Origin: a virus | Virus record (IMG/VR): IMGVR_UViG_3300035698_012504 | Span: 1-58,693 of that record | Reading direction: 5' to 3' (one strand) | DNA: 58,693 nt | Part shown: piece by piece, positions 8,252-13,925 of the stretch | Numbering within the stretch: position 1 is the stretch's first letter | Layout of the letters: the number at the start of each line of letters is the position of its first letter | Made by a program: the position numbers and the translations under genes | Notes under the pieces: generated by a model | The model's database searches: none | What the model saw: only the letters and a program-made list of their open reading frames with translations | Told to the model about the DNA's origin: nothing

Positions 8252-8559
8252 TATATTTTACAAATGACACCCAGGGCGGGATGCAACAACATAATATAGA
8301 TGTCTACGTTAAAGATGTGTTACAGTTTTATAGACAAATCTATGATTTTGAACCTTACTATAATATACTAGATCCTATATTAAAGTATGCCCCAATATGT
8401 AGATATACTAGAGATGCTATATTATTTACACAAGAGGTATCCCCTGGTCTTTTTGGGGTTGTGATTAAAGAAGAACATCAAGAATTTCATGGAGTTAAAG
8501 TTACATTGTCTTTTATATGTGGATGGGTAATGCATCAACAACAAGGAGTAATTATATGA
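8248..8559 (+). CDS. tandem-array small protein family member (103 aa), tail VMHQQQGVII
   Basis: Start moved from 8218 to ATG 8248 (ATGA overlap, TAGGAG upstream). Confidence 0.8.
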   Translation: MIYFTNDTQGGMQQHNIDVYVKDVLQFYRQIYDFEPYYNILDPILKYAPICRYTRDAILFTQEVSPGLFGVVIKEEHQEFHGVKVTLSFICGWVMHQQQGVII

Positions 8560-8786
8560 TGTTTGATAACGGTAATAAATTGTTATTTAAAGATTGCTCG
8601 TTAGTATATGACTATCTTAAATTATATGATTACATTCACCTTCACCTTCACCTTCACCCTCACCTTCACCCTCACCTTCACCTTCTCCCTCACCTTCTCC
8701 CTCACCCCCGCCTTTCCCTTCACCCTCACCTTCAACCCGAAAAATTATTTAACTGGGTGTATAATAGAGGAGGAGTAATAATATAA
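8556..8786 (+). CDS. MIFDN subfamily member with a (His-Leu/His-Pro)n repeat core (76 aa), tail FNWVYNRGGVII
   Basis: Start moved from 8517 to ATG 8556 (ATGA overlap). Near-identical to 6807-7037. Confidence 0.85.
   Translation: MMFDNGNKLLFKDCSLVYDYLKLYDYIHLHLHLHPHLHPHLHLLPHLLPHPRLSLHPHLQPEKLFNWVYNRGGVII
8637..8732 (+). repeat. in-frame hexanucleotide repeat CACCYT (second copy)
   Basis: cac ctt cac ctt cac ctt cac cct ... Same length and register as 6888-6983. Confidence 0.9.
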
Positions 8787-9139
8787 TGTATGTAGATTGT
8801 ATGGATAAGGATATTTATCCAGAAGCCATTTAATTAGGATGTTCAAATACATATGATAAGAGTGGAGATACATGCGATCTAATGTTTTGCAACTTCAGTG
8901 AAAAACATCCATATGAATTTCTTATGAAATTAGGAATATCTGATATAAGAATAAAAATATCATATCCAGTTGGAGAGCGAAGAGTAGTTAATTTAATGAT
9001 ACTTGGACTAAAGAGCGGTGATGGAATATATGTAAAGTTCAGCGCACTGAAGACAATAACAATTATGTCTGAAGATGGGGAACGCAAATGGAATGATTAC
9101 ATGGGTTGGTTTTTACAGCAAGGTATATATATTAAATAG
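8786..9139 (+). pseudogene. tandem-array family member with an in-frame TAA at 8831-8833, tail WFLQQGIYIK
   Basis: The TAATG-coupled start gives MYVDCMDKDIYPEAI*. The same frame then continues without further stops into ORF 8882-9139. Total length is 118 codons, typical of the family. Confidence 0.55.
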
Positions 9140-9182
9140 TGACAGAAGGAATCTATTTCACACAACCAAAAAGGAGAGAAGT

Positions 9183-9692
9183 GTGAAGAATATTCATTGG
9201 CCCAAGGCGTGCATCTATATTTTTCTTTTACTGTTTTTATTACTTGCTAATGGGGAAATTGTAGGCGAGTTGAAAAGACCTATAATAGAATCCCAATTGA
9301 GTGCTGCGATAACAATTCCAGTTGTTATATTAGGTTTAAGTCAGAGCATATTCTTGGGATGGCTCATCGGGGCCATCGTCTGCTCATCTATAGGATTTAT
9401 GAATAATCCAATTGAACGTGTAATTGAAGAATTTGATAAAAAAGGAATACGAGCATATTATACAAATATGATATCTTTTTACGGGCTCATTATATTAACA
9501 CCATATAATTTATTTCTGTACTTTTGGCCAGTAGACGCAACTACTACGTTTATATTTGGAAACATTATGTTTTGGGCTGTATCTAGTATTATAATTTATA
9601 AGAATCTATGGGAGAACGTGAAGATTGACAACTTGGTTAAGGAGTGGTTCTTATGCAAGCCCTATCAGATATGTTTAAAATCTCAAAGCTAG
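9183..9692 (+). CDS. multi-pass membrane protein (169 aa) embedded in the array
   Basis: GTG start 9183 preceded by AAAAGGAGAG. Several hydrophobic segments (IYIFLLLFLLLA, ITIPVVILGLSQSIFLGWLIGAIV, GLIILTPYNLFLYFW, IMFWAVSSIIIY). ORF-track start 9075 rejected. Confidence 0.65.
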   Translation: MKNIHWPKACIYIFLLLFLLLANGEIVGELKRPIIESQLSAAITIPVVILGLSQSIFLGWLIGAIVCSSIGFMNNPIERVIEEFDKKGIRAYYTNMISFYGLIILTPYNLFLYFWPVDATTTFIFGNIMFWAVSSIIIYKNLWENVKIDNLVKEWFLCKPYQICLKSQS

Positions 9693-9949
9693 CAGTCGCT
9701 GTATTCATTCTAATAAATGTACTACATGTATTGATGTTTGTTGTAGCTATACCTATAGTAGTTATGTTGTACACTAAACTTAAGCTTATGGGAACTATCC
9801 CAGAGGATGGGATTATACCACTTATAGTATTATTTGGGGGTGGTGCTACTGTTGGCTTAGCATTTTCGTCTATGAAAAAGAAAATTTTAGAGTGTGTGGT
9901 ACCTGAATCTATGCATAATGAAAATAACCCGATAGTGGATGAACTATAA
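9653..9949 (+). CDS. small membrane protein (98 aa), two predicted TM helices
   Basis: ATG 9653 lies 8 nt after AAGGAG. Hydrophobic stretches LAVAVFILINVLHVLMFVVAIPIVVML and IIPLIVLFGGGATVGLAF. Confidence 0.65.
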   Translation: MQALSDMFKISKLAVAVFILINVLHVLMFVVAIPIVVMLYTKLKLMGTIPEDGIIPLIVLFGGGATVGLAFSSMKKKILECVVPESMHNENNPIVDEL

Positions 9950-9959
9950 GGATAAATCC

Positions 9960-10289
9960 ATGATATTTGAATCTGTTAAATCTATTAGCCCATTTAATAG
10001 TAGTAATATAACTAAATACCCATTTGGAGAATCTTTAGTAACATGTCAAGTAGATTATAATCTTAGAAAGAAGTTTAGGATAGGGATAACTGTAATAAAT
10101 CATAACACATATTATAAAGAAAAGGTAATTGTGATTTCCTATTTCCAAACAGATGGTAAGATTAGAAGTGCTGAAATAGGGCCTATACAAAAATCATCAT
10201 TTAGATCCTATTTTACCACTAAAATTATTACACATGGTGAAATCATTAATGCTTTTCTTAAACTGACGGGTAATGGAATAAGTATATGA
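9960..10289 (+). CDS. tandem-array small protein family member (109 aa), tail FLKLTGNGISI
   Basis: Start moved from 9939 to ATG 9960 (MIFESV, as in member 7644). ATGA overlap at the 3' end. Confidence 0.8.
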   Translation: MIFESVKSISPFNSSNITKYPFGESLVTCQVDYNLRKKFRIGITVINHNTYYKEKVIVISYFQTDGKIRSAEIGPIQKSSFRSYFTTKIITHGEIINAFLKLTGNGISI

Positions 10290-10611
10290 TAGTAGATGGG
10301 TTAATCATGGGATCCAACTCATCAGAAGTTAGACTTCAAAAAATGATAATATCTGGTAGCCTCAAACCAGGACAAGAATATATATCTATTATTGATCTTA
10401 CAAAAAAAGAGTAGTATTTTTCATTAGATTTTATGGTGCGCTGGTCTCAGGGCCATTTGATCCACATCAATCCTATATCTCGGTGAGCAGATACATAGAG
10501 ATCGTAGATGTAGACGGTGGATTTAAATTAAAATATATACGAGAAAAATTTAAAACACTATTGATTGGAAATCTATACATTATGATATCGAAACGAGGGA
10601 TTCTAATATAA
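10286..10611 (+). pseudogene. last array member, split at an A7 tract: 10286-10414 (42 codons) plus the -1 frame 10396-10611 ending in the family tail YIMISKRGILI
   Basis: ATGA-coupled start MIVDGL. The 0-frame stops at TAG 10412. The -1 frame is open from 10396 and carries the tail. The joined length is about 108 codons. Confidence 0.6.
10402..10408 (+). other. A AAA AAA slippery heptamer / homopolymer (candidate -1 frameshift or indel site)
   Basis: The 0-frame reads aca aaa aaa gag tag. Phasing fits X XXY YYZ, with a 0-frame stop 1 codon downstream. Confidence 0.5.
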
Positions 10612-10621
10612 AGGAGAGAAA

Positions 10622-11548
10622 ATGACAGGCCGTAATGTAGATATCGCGGAACTATTATCTAGAGTAAAATCAACACTCTCTACTAATGTAGATGAGACTA
10701 TTGACATTCCTACCATTGCTGAACCAGAACCACCGAGGGCAAAGAAGTCTACAATTTCTAGAATTAAAGATAGTGGGTTATCCATAATATTAAATCCAAA
10801 GAATATATTGGGTCGATATAGAGTTAGACCAAATCATAGATTGTCTGCTTTGGGAGTAGATGCCGAGGATATACCATCTGTTAATAAATTTGAAAGAATA
10901 GATAGTATTTTTAGAAATGATAATGAGCACGATAGAATTGATATTGAGCTACTTCAATTAAAGATGGATCTCGCAGCAGGTACAGTAAAAGCAGTTGAAC
11001 CCAAATCATCAGAGAAGGTGATATATTTATCCCCTACTGTCCCTAGTGAACTTGATAGCTCATTATACTCATATGATGATCAAGAAGATCAATTAATGGA
11101 ATTTTCAAAATACTATTGCGAATGCGCCATTGAGAATGGATGGAAGATATTATTAAATACATCAAGTGCTGATCCAATAATATGGAGAAAACTTAGAGAT
11201 ATGTTTGGAGATAATATAATCCTAGCAGATGGTAATAGTCTGCGTCAAAGTGTAGTAGATAATGGATGTAAAATATTATTCATTGCAGGAGGAAGTACAG
11301 GAGCAGTTAACGATATTGAACGGATATATGATGAATGGAATACATATCAGTGTGGAAGCACAATTATATATCATGCCGTTTCATTTGGCGGAGTATATGA
11401 TGTGAATGGCGAAATAATTTATTCTCTTGGAGGAGAAGGAGTAGAATATATAAGGGACATTACAGATTCTCGTCATAGATCTCCAATGAGTAGAGCTATT
11501 ATGAGTAAGTTTTTTGAATTTGTCACAGAAAGATACTCTAGGTTTTAG
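10622..11548 (+). CDS. hypothetical protein (308 aa)
   Basis: AAAGGAGAG RBS. Long ORF with no recognisable motif. Confidence 0.75.
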   Translation: MTGRNVDIAELLSRVKSTLSTNVDETIDIPTIAEPEPPRAKKSTISRIKDSGLSIILNPKNILGRYRVRPNHRLSALGVDAEDIPSVNKFERIDSIFRNDNEHDRIDIELLQLKMDLAAGTVKAVEPKSSEKVIYLSPTVPSELDSSLYSYDDQEDQLMEFSKYYCECAIENGWKILLNTSSADPIIWRKLRDMFGDNIILADGNSLRQSVVDNGCKILFIAGGSTGAVNDIERIYDEWNTYQCGSTIIYHAVSFGGVYDVNGEIIYSLGGEGVEYIRDITDSRHRSPMSRAIMSKFFEFVTERYSRF

Positions 11549-11560
11549 GAGAGAAACGCA

Positions 11561-12328
11561 ATGAGAAGGAAAGAAGTGTTTGTCATAGGGCTTGGAAATC
11601 CTGGGAACGCGGCCTCAATAGATTCTAGGCATAACGTTGGACAACTTGCCGTCGGTAGAGCACTTGCAATATATGGTGACTTACGTCCTCCAGGATCTGA
11701 GTCTCATAGGGACCGAATACAAAATGAAGATATTAAATTAAAATTGAGAAGAGCACCTATGTCAGTAAAAGATACAAGTATATTAAAATTTGGAGAGAAT
11801 CGAAGATCATATAAATATTACAGATCAACCGTGCTGCTCTATGGAATGACCATCAATTTTATAGAACCGGTTAATGTATATATGAACAGTTCTGGAAGAT
11901 TTATACGTGCGCTTAGATTAGATACAGATGAGTTTCTAGAAAATTTACTTATTATTCATGATGATATAGATTTACCAATTGGACGAGTGAGATTCCGTAC
12001 TGGGGGAGGGGACGGGGGACACAATGGAATAAAGAATATACGAGTAAATTTAGGAGATGATTTCTCTAGATTAAAAGTAGGAGTTGGAAGACCAACAGAT
12101 GATACAGTAGAACAATATCTAACTAGAGAAATGTCACTTAAACATAGGAAGCATATTAATAAGGTAATAGATACTATATTGAAAAAGTGTATGCTCGATT
12201 GGGCATTATATGGAACAGCGCATTGTTCTGTTAAGTACAACAAACTATTTGTTAATGGAAGTGGTAATGTTACTACATGGAAGAAACATCAAAAGGAGCT
12301 TGAAGAACTTGTGCGAAAAGAAGTCTGA
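11561..12328 (+). CDS. pth: peptidyl-tRNA hydrolase (255 aa, with an insertion and a C-terminal extension)
   Basis: Pth motifs VIGLGNPG..SRHNVG and HDDIDLPIGRVRFRTGGGDGGHNGIKNI. Confidence 0.85.
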   Translation: MRRKEVFVIGLGNPGNAASIDSRHNVGQLAVGRALAIYGDLRPPGSESHRDRIQNEDIKLKLRRAPMSVKDTSILKFGENRRSYKYYRSTVLLYGMTINFIEPVNVYMNSSGRFIRALRLDTDEFLENLLIIHDDIDLPIGRVRFRTGGGDGGHNGIKNIRVNLGDDFSRLKVGVGRPTDDTVEQYLTREMSLKHRKHINKVIDTILKKCMLDWALYGTAHCSVKYNKLFVNGSGNVTTWKKHQKELEELVRKEV

Positions 12329-12356
12329 AGACACACCAACTAATGCATTAAAAGAA

Positions 12357-12839
12357 ATGATTGAAAAACGCGGGGAGATATCTGGAATGGCCCAAAAGAG
12401 CTCCAATGTAATAAGAATAATGATGTCTCTATTGGCATCAAGAGCATTGGATGTTTCAAATTCTATGGCAGCCCTTCATGCAGTGAATGATTTGTATGAC
12501 GGCGACACAGAAGAAGCTATGAAAAGTAGACGGAATGAGTATGTGAAACAATATCTATTAGCAGTTAAGTCATTTAAATCATTAGAAAGAAAAATACATG
12601 ACGATGTTGCTCCAACATTTTTTGATAATGTTGCAGTGCTTTTTCCAGATGAAATATTCACGTTGTTCCGAGATGAGATGTTAGTATATAAGGAAAGAGA
12701 ATTAGGGTTACCTGTTGACCCATCAGAAGTCCCATCACTTGATGAAATGAGAGCATTCTTTAATGTATTTCCAGAAGAGTCATTACGAAGTAGTATAAAT
12801 GATAGTTTTAGTCCACTTACTGGATCAGATGAAGATTAA
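12357..12839 (+). CDS. hypothetical protein; start uncertain (12357 or 12387)
   Basis: ORF-track start 12210 would overlap pth by 119 nt. ATG 12387 has GGGGAG upstream. Confidence 0.6.
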   Translation: MIEKRGEISGMAQKSSNVIRIMMSLLASRALDVSNSMAALHAVNDLYDGDTEEAMKSRRNEYVKQYLLAVKSFKSLERKIHDDVAPTFFDNVAVLFPDEIFTLFRDEMLVYKERELGLPVDPSEVPSLDEMRAFFNVFPEESLRSSINDSFSPLTGSDED

Positions 12840-12854
12840 GAAGTAATTATTCGT

Positions 12855-12886
12855 GTCTGGGGCTCTCTAGTTAGAGGGTCCCAGAC
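12855..12886 (+). terminator. stem-loop (14 bp including 2 G-U pairs, 4-nt loop) after a stop codon
   Basis: GTCTGGGGCTCTCT agtt AGAGGGTCCCAGAC. No clear U-tract. Confidence 0.45.
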
Positions 12887-12900
12887 ATAATTAGCAGTAT

Positions 12901-12930
12901 CAACAATAAATATATTATTTTTTATTGTTG
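12901..12930 (+). terminator. perfect 10-bp inverted repeat CAACAATAAA/TTTATTGTTG with a 10-nt T-rich loop
   Basis: Read directly. AT-rich stem, so it may be a terminator or an operator. Confidence 0.35.
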
Positions 12931-12939
12931 AAAATATAA

Positions 12940-12949
12940 TGAGGACAAA
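12940..12949 (+). promoter_or_regulatory. TGAGGACAAA motif, site 1 (47 nt upstream of ATG 12996)
   Basis: Identical 10-mer at 37518, 43814 and 56005. Three of the four sites are in the rare intergenic gaps. Confidence 0.45.
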
Positions 12950-12995
12950 CTATTAGATGTATGATAGTTCGAAGTTACAATGTGAGGAGAGTAAA

Positions 12996-13595
12996 ATGAA
13001 AAGAATCTTAGCAAGTTTTCTTATTGTAATCGCCAGTATATTTATACTATCTGGTTGCAAAACGCCATCAGCGGTCCAAGATGCGAATCAGGTATCGATA
13101 ATGTATCTACATTTAATTCAAGAGGATGTAAATATTACAATTGATGCATTGTCTGAAGCAGCTAAAGAAGAATCTACAAGATATTATGATTTATGGTTAG
13201 AGGGTACTGAGAAATTAATTATCAGCAATTCAATGACTCCACAAGAAGCCATAGATGATTATAAAACAGCATTAGAGAGCGCAGCCACTCAGGTAGATGC
13301 CGCCAGTGACACGTATGACGATCTATCAAGAGAAATAAAGAGCGAAATTCAGAATAAAATAGTTAGAGCACAGAAATTAGCAGAGAAAATAGCAGAATAT
13401 CATCAAAGTGGTAGCATTTCGGCTGAAGATTTTGATGAAATTCTAAATGAAAGTGCAGAATTTGCAATTGAGATGGCAGAAGTAAGAAAAAATAGAGAAA
13501 AAGCCGTTGAATCTGCAAATGATGGCAAAGGTAGTGATTTATTGAATATTATTAAAAATAATGTGCTAAAAGGAATGGTTCCTAAAGAAAAATAG
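12996..13595 (+). CDS. lipoprotein (signal peptide with lipobox LSGC), helical and acidic
   Basis: MKRILASFLIVIASIFILSG|C. GAGGAGAG RBS. ORF-track start 12957 rejected. Confidence 0.75.
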   Translation: MKRILASFLIVIASIFILSGCKTPSAVQDANQVSIMYLHLIQEDVNITIDALSEAAKEESTRYYDLWLEGTEKLIISNSMTPQEAIDDYKTALESAATQVDAASDTYDDLSREIKSEIQNKIVRAQKLAEKIAEYHQSGSISAEDFDEILNESAEFAIEMAEVRKNREKAVESANDGKGSDLLNIIKNNVLKGMVPKEK

Positions 13596-13611
13596 GAAAA
13601 AGGAGTAGAAA

Positions 13612-13911
13612 ATGGATGAAAGTTTAGTTGATTTAATTGCTGAATCTCTTATTGCAGTGGCCAAGGGCGTCGCCGTAGAAGAAAAGAAGGTAGTAGCTGA
13701 TAAGAGCTATCTAAATGCTCCTGAGTGGACTCCACCGGCCTCTGTGGTGAACGTAAAGCTAACAGAAGACCCTTTGTCAAAAGAGGAATACCAGGGATTA
13801 CTAGATAGGGTGGACGTTGCTATCGAACAAGAGACAGCACTGAAGGAAGGTCTATCAATCGCTGCTGAAGTACTAAATAAATTAAAAACAGTACTCCCAT
13901 TATTTATATAA
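13612..13911 (+). CDS. hypothetical protein (99 aa)
   Basis: AAAGGAG RBS. Confidence 0.7.
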   Translation: MDESLVDLIAESLIAVAKGVAVEEKKVVADKSYLNAPEWTPPASVVNVKLTEDPLSKEEYQGLLDRVDVAIEQETALKEGLSIAAEVLNKLKTVLPLFI

Positions 13912-13925
13912 CTGAGGTAAGTAAT

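Noticed and set aside
6888-8732. Could the CACCYT repeat tracts be a CRISPR array or other non-coding repeats?
   Set aside because: The units are 6 nt with no spacers. They are in frame within ORFs that have coupled starts and family tails, and both tracts keep the reading frame.
386-10289. Possible reassignment of TGA, suggested by the in-frame TGA at 2874.
   Set aside because: TGA terminates 22 array genes exactly at ATGA junctions and many other genes in the window. Reading through would fuse frames into nonsense.
11200-11420. Rossmann-like C-terminal half of the protein at 10622-11548, with ILFIAGGSTGAVNDIE resembling the LOG/SLOG motif PGGxGTxxE.
   Set aside because: The match is inexact (GGSTG versus GGxGT) and rests on about 10 residues. 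It is not enough for a call without a profile search.
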